The notes beneath the pieces were generated by a model, which was not told the origin of the DNA, searched no databases, and saw only the letters and a program-made list of their open reading frames with translations. DNA of 64,000 nucleotides from assembly GCF_006345805.1 (NCBI RefSeq), contig NC_043000.1:157542001-157606000 (forward strand), in the 5' to 3' direction. The position numbers and the translations under genes are program-made. This document shows, piece after piece, positions 10,629 to 23,925 of the stretch. This DNA is from Octopus sinensis (lineage: Eukaryota). Every line of letters starts with the position of its first letter. Position 1 is the first letter of the stretch.

Positions 10629-12455
10629 CAGAGAGAGAGAGAATGAAACGTTGTGAAAATATGGAAGAAACCAATGCTAGAAGTTTGAAATGATGCAATT
10701 GAATGCTTATTTGAAAATTGCTTAACGACTGTAAACAGAAATACACGTATACGTACACATGTACACACACCTATGCACACATAGACACACGTATATCGCA
10801 TTAACAAAATTTAGGAAATACTTGGAGCCTGTGGAGGAGCCTTTACGAGAATTAGCTACCAAATTTTCCTCAGATCGTAACCTGCCTTTGATTATAAATA
10901 TCATGTCTTTCCAACAACCAGATCTGGAGCTAAAGAAACAAGAACGAACGCGATAGGAACGTAGTTTACAAAGACAAACCCGTACAAAATATACACAACA
11001 ACACTCCACACAAACTCACACTGCTATACGCCACAAACACGCATACACACTCAAAAACGTACAAAGCTATATATATATATATACACGTAAAGAAAACTTT
11101 TTTTACACACATGCACTGTATAAGACAATGAACACGTAAACTCATACACGGTAGACCACATACATATATACTCATACAATCTCATACACATTTGTACAAA
11201 CGCAGCCACAATAACACAGACACACAGACTCATGCTCAGAGTCAGATTCCCGCTCTCTCTCATTCATTCACACAACATCACTGTTCTTTTCTAATTAGTG
11301 TCAAACTTAATATTTGTTTGTTAATTCTTTGTGCATGTTATTGTTATTAATTTTGTTTGGTTTATCTTTTGCAATAGTTTGACATAATTAAATAATCGTT
11401 GCCAAAAATCTCAAGATTAGAACGTTGAATGGTCGGGTCTGAAGAGCTGACAGAATTTGCCAACTGTTCGTGCTAAACTTAATTCTAGCATAATTAATTT
11501 GCCTAATTACACCGAAAGGACAAAGTAACGCTTCCAAGAAACAATAAAATAAAATAATCAAATAAGTAAATAAACCGTTTTAGATGCTTTTTATTCCAAC
11601 TCTGAAATGTCTTTTTTGTTACACTTTTCTTTGTGTGGTTTCTCATTACTTTCATCCTTCAGGTGATTTTGACGGCCAAAACTCTAAAGCACGCTTGAAT
11701 GAATACTTTAGAGTAGCCAGATCGGTGCCAAATTATTTTGTGTTCAAATTGCCTCTGGTATCGACTTTGCATTTCATTCTTTCAAATCTTTGTAAATAAA
11801 ATAAAAAAAAACGCCTTCCAAAATTAAAATAAAATCTCCCTGTTATATTACAATGAAGTTGTTTTTCTTTTGTGGTTTTAAATAAAGGAAATGCTTATTA
11901 TCGTTGAAGGACCTCCAGGATATGTGATGGTGGAGCGAAATGTGCTAGAGAAGAAAGGAACCCAGTCGCACATAATGCAGTAGTACACAGCAAATCGTCA
12001 AGTTATAGAAACCTTTTGACAACGGAGGCATGGCCCAAGTGTTTGTCACATTCTGGACCTTACTAAAGGGCCAAAAGATCAAAGTGGTTACAATAAGTGA
12101 GGTAATCCTAATCAAACTGACTACATCTGTGATAATCCCGTCTTTGATGGTAATAATACGTGCATACATATCATTTATCTTTTACCTGTTTCAGTCATTG
12201 GACTGTGGCCATGCTGGGACACTGCCTTTCACGCAACAAATGCTTTTGGTTACTTCCACATGGTTATGACCCAATTCGAACCCATAAAACATAAGTTCTT
12301 GCCTTAGACGGCGTTGTAAGTTCCTCACACAGAGTAAAGCAACGCACTAAGTACCAGTGCACCGGTTGCCATGGTGCTGCCAAACTCAGTGGGTACCTTC
12401 CACGGCCTGAAGTGCCTTTGTCACGTGATATTCACAGTGGAAAATAACACGCACA

Positions 12456-12502
<47 letters not shown>

Positions 12503-12966
12503 ATATATATATATATATATACATAAATATGTATGCGTGTGTGAGTGTGTAATGTATGTATGCGTGTATATAGTCAAATAAATATATATATACATACATA
12601 TATACAAATATATATATATATGTGCATACTTCTGTGTAGTTCAGAATACATGCGGATGAGATTCTAATTACTTTAACCGTTCAAAACACGTGACTTACTA
12701 TGTTGTTATTCGAGTTCCTAGAGCGCGTTTGCTCGGGTGATATATAAACATACGCACGCATACATATACATGCATACAAACACACATACGCACATATACA
12801 AACTCACACAAGCAAGCATGCATAGAATTCATTATAGAAACCAACATCGAAGACAAACAAGAGGATGTACACACAGATGGGAGTTTTCTCCCCCCCTTTC
12901 TTGTGTCTTTCTCCGCATTTTTCACATATATACATACACACATACATGCATTCATACATATACACA

Positions 12967-13013
<47 letters not shown>

Positions 13014-13114
13014 ATATATATATATATAAAATATTATTCGAGACAAAACCACTATTTGCAAAACAAACAGAAAGTAATCAATACATAAATTTTAATAAAT
13101 AGTCAAAAAAACCG

Positions 13115-13157
13115 CCACTACAATCGTTTCTTGTCTTGATCGACAATCTTCAGGTGG
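13115..13157 (-). ncRNA. Canonical type I hammerhead
   Basis: CCAC-CTGAAGA-TTGTC GATCAA GACAA-GAA-ACGA TTGT-A-GTGG. Confidence 0.85.
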
Positions 13158-13180
13158 ACTTCCAATAGTCAAAAAAACCG

Positions 13181-13222
13181 CCACTACAATCGTTCTTGTC
13201 TTGATCGACAATCTTCAGGTGG
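13181..13222 (-). ncRNA. Hammerhead copy with a 1-nt deletion in GAAA (probably inactive)
   Basis: Same as 13115-13157 but reads GACAA-GAAC. Confidence 0.7.
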
Positions 13223-13244
13223 ACTTCCAATAATTATTGGAAGT

Positions 13245-13286
13245 CCACCTGAAGATTGTCGATCAGACAAGAAACGATTGTAGTGG
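13245..13286 (+). ncRNA. Canonical type I hammerhead
   Basis: CCAC-CTGAAGA-TTGTC GATCA GACAA-GAA-ACGA TTGT-A-GTGG; predicted cleavage after 13282. Confidence 0.88.
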
Positions 13287-13931
13287 CGGTTTTTTTGACT
13301 ATTTATTAAAATTTTATGTATTGATTAAGTCTTTCCTTGTTGTTTTGCAAAATAGTGGTTTTGTCTCGAATATTTTTATAATATTTTACTATAAAATCGA
13401 TTTAATCCTAAATCTGATTTTTTTCCCTGTAAATTGGATTTATTCCCTAATATTTTATATTATATATATATATATATATATATACGTACTAAAGAGCAAT
13501 GATACTAAATTACAGGAATTAGCATGGCTCCAAATGAATGATCTAAAATGTCAAAACACTCATCTTAAATTTGACCTCCAATAAATTCCTTTGTGCTTTT
13601 ATATCAATAAATGGTCAGTCGAATGACGTTTTGCGGACAGGTCAAGGCATTCAACTCTTAAGTCATCAGGTTAAATACAATTCCACGTAGCTCCATATAC
13701 TTCTCATTGGAAACCGAAGCGCCCACTGGTCACTGAGGAGGCTAGTTAATAGAATGTTGTTGATGTCGGATCCAATGTGTTGCTGTATTCCTTCGGTTCC
13801 ATGCATCTGAGTTCAAATCCTGCCAAAATCAGCGTATTTTCAAGAACAATGCATAAAGCACCGGCTAAGTATCGTTGTTTCTTTATTTTCTCTCATATAT
13901 ATATATATATATATGAGATTATAATACACAC

Positions 13932-13962
<31 letters not shown>

Positions 13963-14018
13963 TATACATTCATACATATATATATATGTATATATATGTA
14001 TTTATATACATTATAAAT

Positions 14019-14250
14019 GTGGAGGCACATGGCCTAGTGGTTAGAGTAGCGGACTCGCGGTCGAGGGATCGTGGGTTCGAATCTCAGACCGGGCGATGTG
14101 TGTATTTATGAGCGAAACACCTAAGCTCCACGCGGCCCCGACAGAAGGTAATGTCGAACTTCTGCTCACTCTTTCGCCACAAATTTCTCTCAATCTTTCC
14201 TCCTGCATCTTGCAGCTCATCTGCTACGGACGGGCGTCCCGTCCAGGTAT
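14019..14250 (+). mobile_element. tRNA-headed SINE (family 3)
   Basis: A-box TGGCCTAGTGG and B-box GGTTCGAATCT, then a non-tRNA body; no acceptor stem pairing. Confidence 0.8.
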
Positions 14251-15381
14251 GGCTCGAGAAGGAACAAACAATGTATTATAAAAATTCTGGCAATTCATTT
14301 TTCAGCTAAATAAAGCGTCGTACAATTATCGACCACTATTACCAGCAAACATTGGTGCCTTGTTGTACTACTATTTTCTATTTATTATGTATATATATGT
14401 ATGCATATATATGTGTATGCGTATATATATATACATACATATATATATATATTGTGTGTGTATGAATATATGTAAGTATGCATATATATGTATATGTGTG
14501 TGTGTCTATGCGTGTGCGTACGTTTATGGAATAAATATAAGCAAAGAAAACTCAAATACAAAGCAGGATTTATGCTGTAGAAGTTTTGACAATTCTGCAA
14601 TATTGTTTGAAGGACGGCGGTGAAATAACTGTGGTATATGACCGTGAAACTCTGAATAACGATGGGATGAGTTCACTTTTTATCAACTCTCTCCCTTTCT
14701 CCCTCTCTTTGTACCTTACGTCACAATCTCTATCAAAATGTATAGGTAAAATGCCGAAAAGGACTGTTTAACTGAATCGACCTCTTAAAACAACTACATA
14801 TCCCCGAAAGATTACTTGGCTTACATGGAGTATCCCGGTACCAGTTGCTTCCTGAAGTTCACTTGTACTTTCAATTAAAAGTGGAATGGAAACACGATCC
14901 ATACATGAAACATTGAAAAGCAAATATTCTCTTCTCCGATAGCAAACGTGACACCAAACGACAACGGGGTTAGGGTAACTATGAAGTAGATATAGGTTAC
15001 TCTTAATTTCCTGCAGTTAAGTTCACGGTAAACATTCTTACCACGATCGTATGATAGCAAACGTATACACACGTATGCGTGTAAGTAAGCTGGTCCTGCT
15101 GTGATACGCATAAAAATGAAGGGGAACACACGTATATAGTTGAAACAGCCATTTATTCAGATTTAAGCTCACTATACACACGCACACACACACACACACA
15201 CACACGCAGATACGCATACGTTTACACGCGCACACACATACACACGTACACGGAGCACTCATACGCACACCTATATATATATTTACATACATAAACAAAC
15301 ATAATACATATACATATACATATATATATATATATATGTATATATACATTTATATACATATATATGTATATATACACATGG

Positions 15382-15450
<69 letters not shown>

Positions 15451-15674
15451 GCATATATGAAAAAAGGTTTGAAAATGCAATTTAAACGATGTTTATTTAC
15501 TTAACCGGTTTCACTCTTTGGTAAAAGATTGTCAACTCCACAACGATACCCCACAACTCAACTTTTTTATATACATATGCATATATATATTATATATATA
15601 TATATAATATATATATAATATATATATATACATATATATATACATAATACATATATACATACATACACACACAC

Positions 15675-15718
<44 letters not shown>

Positions 15719-15837
15719 CCTGCATATAATATATAAGTGATTAAGAGAGGGAGAAAGTATTAGAAATGAAAAAGTGGGATGCTTATTACACTTTCACATA
15801 CATACAACTTCTTGGCTCCACTCCACACATACACATA

Positions 15838-15880
<43 letters not shown>

Positions 15881-16289
15881 CACATATACACATCCCTATA
15901 TATATATATTATAATAGATGCATACATGTATACATAACCGAGCAGGCATAGAAAACGATATTTACTGATAAAGCACGAATGTCTAAACCGATTCTGTCAT
16001 CAATATAATGATTAAGATCATGACACCAACGAGGATGATCAATTCCTCGCACAGGTTCGAGCAATATCGACACCACGATAACCTGAGCATCTCCATAACC
16101 ACCATTCGCGTAAACTACCGCCATTTTCATCTGCCACCATCCAATATTGCACTTCCTTTACCGGGAGCAACCACCACCGCCACCACCATCATCAAATAGC
16201 AGCAGCAGCAGCAGCATCACTGTCATCGCCACTGCTCTTATCACAAGTGTCACCATTATTATTCTCATCCACCGCATCATCATTACTAT

Positions 16290-16312
16290 TAACATGATCA
16301 TCATCATCGTCG

Positions 16313-16358
<46 letters not shown>

Positions 16359-16360
16359 TC

Positions 16361-16434
<74 letters not shown>

Positions 16435-16580
16435 ATTCATCATCAAAGTCATCGTTATCATCATCATCATCACCATAATCATCGCCGACGTTATCATCAT
16501 CACCATCATCACCATCAACACCACAGCACCACAACCATCAACATCTTCGTTACGATGATACCACAACATCAACAGCAGCA
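16290..16580. repeat. (ATC/CAT)n trinucleotide array
   Basis: Direct reading. Confidence 0.95.
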
Positions 16581-16922
16581 ATAAGAAGAACCCAATAATA
16601 GTGTTTCGAAGGAAATCTGCTATATAACACTATTAGTAAATTTGAGTATATTATATACACAACTTAAACATGGATTGTTACTTTTCACTCACATATACAC
16701 TCACACACACATTCAGCGCCACCTCTCGCCCTCTCAAAAAGAAAACCCAAAACAACCCACGCACACACGCAGGAAAAAGTGCACAGATGCATATAAATGT
16801 TTGCCCGAATGTTCATACATACACGCACAATTATACAGTGAGATAAACATTTTCTCTGGTGTATTCCCATATGTATGCGTCTCGCTAAGAATACATGATG
16901 TGAATAAATTATATATATTATA

Positions 16923-17515
16923 AGGCAGCGAGCTGGCAGAAACGTTAGCACCCCGGGTGAAATGCGTAAGCCGTATTTCGTCGCCCGTTACGTTCTGAGT
17001 TCAAATTCCGCAGAGGTCGACTTTGCCTTTCATCCTTTCGGGGTCGATAAATAAAGTACCAGTTACGCACTGGGGTCGATATAATCGACATAATCCGTTT
17101 GTCTGTCCTTATTTGTCCTCTCTGTGTTTAGCCCCTTGTGGGTAGTAAAGAAATAGGTATTTCCTCTGCCGCTACGTTCTAAGTTCAAATTCCGCCGAGG
17201 TCGACTTTGCCTTTCATCCTTTCAGGGTCGATTAAATAAGTACCAGTTACGCACTGGAATCGATGTAATCGACTTAATCCGTTTGTATGTCCTTGTTTAT
17301 CCTCTCTGTGTTTAGCCCCTTGCTGGTAGTAAAGAAATATGTATTTCGTCTCCTGTTACGTTCTGAGTTCAAATTCCGCCGAGGTCGACTTCGCTTTTCA
17401 TCCTTTCGGGTTTGATAAATTAAGTGCCAGTTGTGTACTGGTTCGATCTAATTGACTGGCCTCCTCCCCGCAAAAGTTCGGGCCTTTCTCCTAGAGTAGA
17501 AAAGAATATTTTTAG
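16923..17515 (+). mobile_element. SINE family 2 with three tandem 184-bp body units
   Basis: One head (GGCAGCGAGCTGGCAGAAACGTTAGC), then units starting GTATTT at 16973, 17157 and 17341, each with a B-box-like GTTCAAATTCC. Confidence 0.88.
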
Positions 17516-17616
17516 AAATATTATCTGGAAATTTTTATTTGCTGAACATCTTTTTAAAGTATACCAAACGTTCCTATTGCAAGAATTCTTTCCAAATTTA
17601 AGTTAAATTTAAAGTA

Positions 17617-17752
17617 AACCCGGTACTTATTCTATCGACCCCAAAAAGATGAAAGGCAAAGTCGATCCCAGTAGAATTTGAACTCAGAACACAAAGACAG
17701 ACTAAATGTCGCTAAGCATTTTGCCCAGCATGCTATCGATTTTGCCAGCTTT
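17617..17752 (-). mobile_element. SINE family 2, partial
   Basis: Reverse complement of the head and first unit of 16923-17100. Confidence 0.8.
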
Positions 17753-17858
17753 CTGTCTTATACATGCATTGTATATTGATTACTATTCCCCCCCCCCGTT
17801 TGTTATCCGAATATATACACGCTTCTCGCACAAATGTAGGTATGCATATATACATACA

Positions 17859-17931
<73 letters not shown>

Positions 17932-17974
17932 CTATCTCTCTCTCTATATATATATACATACATATATATGTATG

Positions 17975-18007
<33 letters not shown>

Positions 18008-18023
18008 TTGTGTGTGTGTGTGT

Positions 18024-18187
18024 ACCGTTGGCGATTTTTTTCCTCTGTCTTCCCTTCTCTGGATCTTTCCTTCTCCTATGCTTCCGACGAAGAGCTCCGC
18101 TCGAAACGTTAAAACCGTCCTACTTTCCTTCTTTCCTGAGAGCCCTTGTGTTGTTGTGTTTTTTTGTGCTTTCTTGTTTGGATTAAC

Positions 18188-18190
<3 letters not shown>
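18024..18190 (+). mobile_element. PLE-type tail with minimal HHR-like motif at 18080-18114
   Basis: CCGACGA-A-GAGC TCC GCTC-GAA-ACGT-T-AAAA; stem I is weak; flanked by microsatellites. Confidence 0.55.
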
Positions 18191-18247
<57 letters not shown>

Positions 18248-18439
18248 CTTATGTGTGGTGTGCGTGCGTGTGCGTGTGTATCTGTGCGTGTGCGTGTGTA
18301 TCTGTGCGTGTGCTTGTTTTTCTCTTTTGTTTAGAAACTTTGAAGCGTTGTTGCACTAGTTAACCTGCCCCGAGAAAAGTAAATGTATTGGTGACAATTC
18401 TGTTGGAGAAATAGTTGTTAGACGAGAGGATTATTATGC

Positions 18440-18960
18440 CACGTATGTGTATTTGGAAAGCTAGTAAACAATACGTCGTAGACTAACAAGTAGAATAGAT
18501 TATCTTGGACACATAATCGTTCCATCAACTCATACTGCGAACAATACGCTTCCATTGTACGATGGTATTCGAATCCTGTTTAAGTTAAATCATAAATAAT
18601 CTTCATAGATATATACATCTTATCCACTCTCTTTGATATTGGAATATTGTGAAGTGGGTACGGGATATGTAAATCACATTATCACAGGTCAGCCCAATAT
18701 GTCAGCGAGTTATAATTTTCCGCTGAGGCAATACATCAAAAATAAGAATACACGGCATTCGTGATATCCAAGATGTTAAAATTGATACAAGAATCAAATA
18801 CATCAACAAATGTGTGACATATAATTTAATCTATTCTCCAAAACAATAAAATCTAACGGAAGATTGCAAGAAAGGTTTGTCAAGAATCACAGATATAGAA
18901 TATATGATATGGATTCCTTATATACTAAGAAAGCGATATCATGTGGGTTCTTTATATAAG
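18440..18960 (+). pseudogene. Possible highly decayed Ty3/Gypsy pol remnant
   Basis: Broken peptides IDYLGHII (RT-like) and YSP..SNGRLQERFVK / FLIY* (integrase-like), with many stops and much shorter spacing than an intact pol. Confidence 0.3.
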
Positions 18961-19317
18961 AAGACTACGAAACAAGCCATATATAAATTTCAGTTGTGGC
19001 TGTCACCTATTATTTATTTATATCCCGGGTGGTGCAGAATACTGAAAGTAATCACAGATTTTAACAAGCCGATCACTGGATCATTGCATTTTGATAGAGG
19101 AGAAAGAGAAGGGACTGAGAACAATTCGATGCAGAACACATATGGCAAGGGATCTTATTTGTGTAACACTCATGCTTCGGTTTTATAGCCGATATTTGTA
19201 TACATTATAAATATAAATACATACACAATCACAACCGAGTGTGAAAGGTGAACACATATATATATGCAAGATTATTTGATAATTGTGTATATAAACGTAC
19301 GTCATTATCTCAATTCA

Positions 19318-19374
<57 letters not shown>

Positions 19375-19543
19375 CAATATTATATATGTATATATGTAGT
19401 CACTATGAGGATTATTTAGATCTCATAGAGATACTTTTATCCGAGATACACTGGTTTAATATAATGTATATTGAAGTGATATTTCTTCAATGAATATATT
19501 ATAAAATATCAGAATATCAAATATTATTATTTCGTTCAAACTT

Positions 19544-19589
<46 letters not shown>

Positions 19590-19610
19590 ATATATATTAA
19601 TATATATATA

Positions 19611-19668
<58 letters not shown>

Positions 19669-19789
19669 TATATATTAATATACATACATGCATGTTGTAC
19701 ATATAAACGTATGTATATTTGTATATGTGTGCCACTGCGTTTTGACCATATATGTTTAAATATCTTGTGAAACATTGATTCAACCATTT

Positions 19790-19820
<31 letters not shown>

Positions 19821-19915
19821 CATACATACATATACACATACATAACATACATACATATGTATATATATATAATGATAAATCTCAGAGCGAGTTATAAACA
19901 GTAGCGGTAACACAC

Positions 19916-19985
19916 ATCGTGGCGCATATTTGCCATTTGAATATGGCTAACCCCTAAGATATTCAAATGGCAAATATGCGTCGCG

Positions 19986-19987
<2 letters not shown>
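19916..19987 (+). other. 72-nt hairpin (29-bp stem, 14-nt loop)
   Basis: ATCGTGGCGCATATTTGCCATTTGAATAT / ATATTCAAATGGCAAATATGCGTCGCGAT; the only two non-Watson-Crick pairs are G-U on the + strand. Confidence 0.85.
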
Positions 19988-20050
<63 letters not shown>

Positions 20051-20124
20051 AGCGCCCTCGCATCGTTTCGTTTCTTTTCTTTTCTCCAAGTAAGTTTATA
20101 TATACATATAATGTCTACTTGAAA

Positions 20125-20310
20125 TTTATAGAAAAACAGAAGACGAAGTCAGGTGTATGAACAGCAAGGAAGTGTATTAGTTTGACGCTCGGAAAAAAGA
20201 CGTCTTTTACGTTTCGATCCTACGCTTTTCAACGGAAAGGAGTAAGAGAAAATAAGCGGAGAGGGAAAGAAAAAAAAAACCTGTATCGTTCAGCGGTCTA
20301 ACATGGTGAA
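20125..20310 (-). mobile_element. Second copy of the 6113-6259 family; HHR-like motif at 20204-20239
   Basis: Minus strand CTTT-CCGTTGA-A-AAGC GTAG GATC-GAA-ACGT-A-AAAG. Confidence 0.7.
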
Positions 20311-20793
20311 TAATTTATATATATATATAATTATAAATATAAATTTTTATTAACGATCTTGGAAAAGGTATCAGCCCCAATCTTCAAGCATATTCCTCTT
20401 TGAAATCATCAAGGGAGAGTGTGCGTTGCAGATATATATTTCTGATTATCAACAGCTGGAGAAAGTCAGACATATTTGATATTTCAATTACACATATCTG
20501 ATATGCTTGTTATTTACCTATCATAGTATTACCTGGGATATATGTACCTACCATATGACTGTGATTAAAATATGAATGCTAAAATACGGGAGAACCAGGA
20601 GTTGAACACGTATCATTTCATGTGATATACAGATATAGACACTTAAATGCGTACACACGTACCCACACACTTGCACACAAACATTCCTCCACCGCTCAAA
20701 CACACACCCACACACACACATACATATATTTACACACACACACACACTATATATATATATATATATATATACATATATATGTGTGTATACGTA

Positions 20794-20851
<58 letters not shown>

Positions 20852-20969
20852 AATATATCTTTCGGAATATATGTCGATATGTGTATGTGTATGTTGTGGT
20901 CTATATATATATATGTATATATATATATGCATATATACGTAAATGTGTATATTTAGGTGTGTGTTATAT

Positions 20970-21015
<46 letters not shown>

Positions 21016-21442
21016 ATATACGTAAATGTGTATATTTAGGTGTGTGTCTATATATATGTATGTATGTATATGTATAATATATAGCTATATGCATATGTAC
21101 GTATATGTGTATATTTAGGTACACACACACGCACGCACATGCACACATACACATACACACATATATATACTCAAGTACATTACATCTAGACTATTATGTA
21201 CATATTTACAATACATGATATATCTACGAAAGAATGGATAAAGTTAGCTACATTGTTTCTCTTGTCAACATTATGTGACATAGCGTTATACTTTAATACA
21301 TCGAAAAATCGATAATATTAAATATATAAACTCTTTAGATCAGCGTGTATGGACTTAACCATGGCTGTTTAGTTAAACTGTTTTCTTCATCGCCAGTTCG
21401 TTCCATCTTCAGTGTTACTATGTGATATTTATGATGAATTAC

Positions 21443-21578
21443 CGGCTAACGACACATATTCGATAATTATTTAGGAGGGGAGGTCATCGCTCCCATCCCT
21501 AGCCTTACGTGATACGCACGGACTCGAGTTCCTGGGTGGTTACCCGTTCTCAGCGTGTGTTAATCACCTGCTAGTGAT
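21443..21578 (-). mobile_element. Second copy of the PLE terminal-repeat module; HHR at 21514-21560
   Basis: ACACACG-CTGAGAA-C-GGGT AACC ACCC-A-GGA-ACTCGAGT-C-CGTGCGT: stems intact, core mutated. Confidence 0.75.
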
Positions 21579-21950
21579 GAAAACTCAACCTACTTTCAAA
21601 ATACCATATACTTTTTCCAGCGTATATATGTTACTTTTACTTGTTTCTGCCATGCAGCTGAAGAATTTTAGTCGAACGAATCTTATTTTTTTAAACCCTG
21701 GTACTTATTCTATCCGTCTGTCTCTTTTGGCGAACCACCAAGTTACGTACTGGTAACTTGATGGTAACACACACACTGTCTGTCTGTCTGTCTCTCTCTT
21801 TCTCACACACGCACGCACACGCACATACATGTAGTTTAGAAACCGGCTCTATCTCTGTTGGCAAGAAATCTTGAAATAAAATTGAATAATGACATACATT
21901 ATACATACATATATATATATTATACATACATACATATATATATTACATAT

Positions 21951-22058
<108 letters not shown>

Positions 22059-22340
22059 CGCACACACACATCTATGGACTTCTTTATGCTTTCGTCAAGC
22101 AGTTTCCACTCCGAATGCTTCGATCGGTCCGTGGCTCTACTGGCAGAAACTTAGCCAGGAACTATGTGGTATTCCTACTAACATGCGTGCGCGCACATAC
22201 GCATGCACACATTACATACATACATACAAGCATCATGTATATGTATATCTATACTATCTATCCACCCTCTCTCTCTCCTCTTTATATATATATATATTAT
22301 ATATATATATATATGCATATATACATACATACATACACGT

Positions 22341-22378
<38 letters not shown>

Positions 22379-22756
22379 GATTGCTTGTGTGTGGGTATAT
22401 TTGTATCACGATACTCTAATGAAAGACACTGACATATTCTTCAAATGTTTTCCTGTTTTTATTTCCATGATCTTCTGAAGTGGAAGTGGTGTATATTTGT
22501 TTTAAAAGATCGATATATCCTGTCAGCGCTGTCTACTCGATAGGGTGTTCAATATCAGAACTAAATATGCAGGATGCATAATAATTGGAAACTGAAACTT
22601 GATATCGATGCTGTATTGATTAACAACTCCCTATACTTGTTCCTGTTTGACCCTTTCTGCTTTTGTAAACTGATCGACTTGATATTACCAGTTGTTACCG
22701 ATCAAAATAAAAATAATATTCCCTACAAGAATACATTTTAAAGTATATCGTTTGCC

Positions 22757-22985
22757 TAGGGCGGTGAACTGGCAGAATCGTTAGCACTCCGGGCAAAATG
22801 CTTAGATGCATTTCGTCCGGCTTTATGTCGTTCTGAATTGAAATACTGCCAGGGTTGACTTTGCTTTTCATCCCTTCCGTTCGATAAAATGAGCAGTAGT
22901 TGAGCACTGTGGTTAATGTAATCAATTTCCTGCCCCCCACGAAATTCCTGACCTTGTGCCAAAATTTGAAAACAAATTATATCAT
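22757..22985 (+). mobile_element. SINE family 2, monomeric, diverged
   Basis: Homologous head, body and tail to 16923-17515. Confidence 0.8.
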
Positions 22986-23769
22986 TTGTCTCCCTTTAAA
23001 ACAATTATATATGATAGATAATGTCATATGGATAATACATGCTCACAGACAAAAGAAGGTAGACATTCACACATATTTGTACGTTCGTAGACACACACAT
23101 ATTTGGGCGCGCACATGCACGTACATTCAAACATATAGTGAAGCCAATAGTCATCTACACCTTCGTTATATCTGCAAGAAATGACAGCTAAATCATGTTC
23201 AAATTCCAGTCTACTTTAAGAAAACGTAACTTACACATAGATTACGTTGCCTAGCTCTAGTCATATGATATTGGATGGAAACAGCTGGCACACATTTGAC
23301 TGTCTGACATGGGTTAAACATCAACAGGATACACACGCACGTACACACACACACATACGCACAAGCACATTTGCACACATTCTAGATTGTTAGAGTTATT
23401 TAGCACTGGACCTACATTGACTGGGTAAGGGTATGATTAAAGGAATTCTAATTGTGATTAAACCCAAATTCCATCCCTTAGCCCCCCTCATTAACAATCG
23501 ACTGTGGCCTAATTGCTTGTTACACGCTGTTCCTAATTGTTTTATGTGCATACCTAATTACGGACACATTTAGACATTCCAGATGTTTCCTCCAGAGGGA
23601 CTTAGACAAATGTAACTGCTCAAGTAAGACAAAACGGCACTAGCGCTAGGCTAGTGCTCCTTTTCAGCCGAGCAGAGTGCGGCAATGTGAAATAATCAGT
23701 TTTATACAACGACACAACACACGGCCCGGACTCAGTCGAAGTATCGAACCCACAATATTTCTCTCTTTA

Positions 23770-23925
23770 TTACCCAAATGGGTTAAGCAAAGAAGGAACA
23801 AACAAGGACAGACAAGAGTATTAAGTCGATTACATCGACCCCAGTGCGTAACTGGTACTTATTCTATCCACCCCAAAAGGATGAAAGGCAAAGTTGATCC
23901 CAGCGGAATTTGAGCTCAGAACACA
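23770..23925 (-). mobile_element. SINE family 2 body fragment
   Basis: Reverse complement of one body unit. Confidence 0.75.

Larger units (their letters stand above)
13028..13457 (+). mobile_element. Palindromic HHR element, family P2
   Basis: Perfect centre CCAATAATTATTGG (13227-40), inverted arms extending to ~13030 and ~13375, a 66-bp tandem duplication in the left arm, an extra tail on the right, (TA)n flanks. Confidence 0.88.

Noticed and set aside
10759-10956. Protein-like ORF RKYLEPVEEPLRELATKF (also the open stretches at 51120-51280 and 56184-56471)
   Set aside because: No recognisable family, short, and splice context weak; cannot be supported without transcript data.
11439-11480. 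CTGAAGA with a weak downstream stem (similar cases near 48065 and 36905)
   Set aside because: GAAA is missing or unlinked to a stem II, and there is no stem I partner.
14021-14095. Possible tRNA gene
   Set aside because: Has A and B boxes but no acceptor stem and continues into a SINE body.
14966-14976. Telomere-like GGGGTTAGGG
   Set aside because: A single unit only.
15500-15537. Possible hammerhead remnant on the minus strand (stem II, GAAACCGGT)
   Set aside because: Core reads TTGACAA and stem I is absent; listed only as doubtful.
16973-17500. Regularly spaced repeats suggesting a CRISPR-like array
   Set aside because: Whole 184-bp units are homologous with no unique spacers; this is a eukaryotic SINE multimer.
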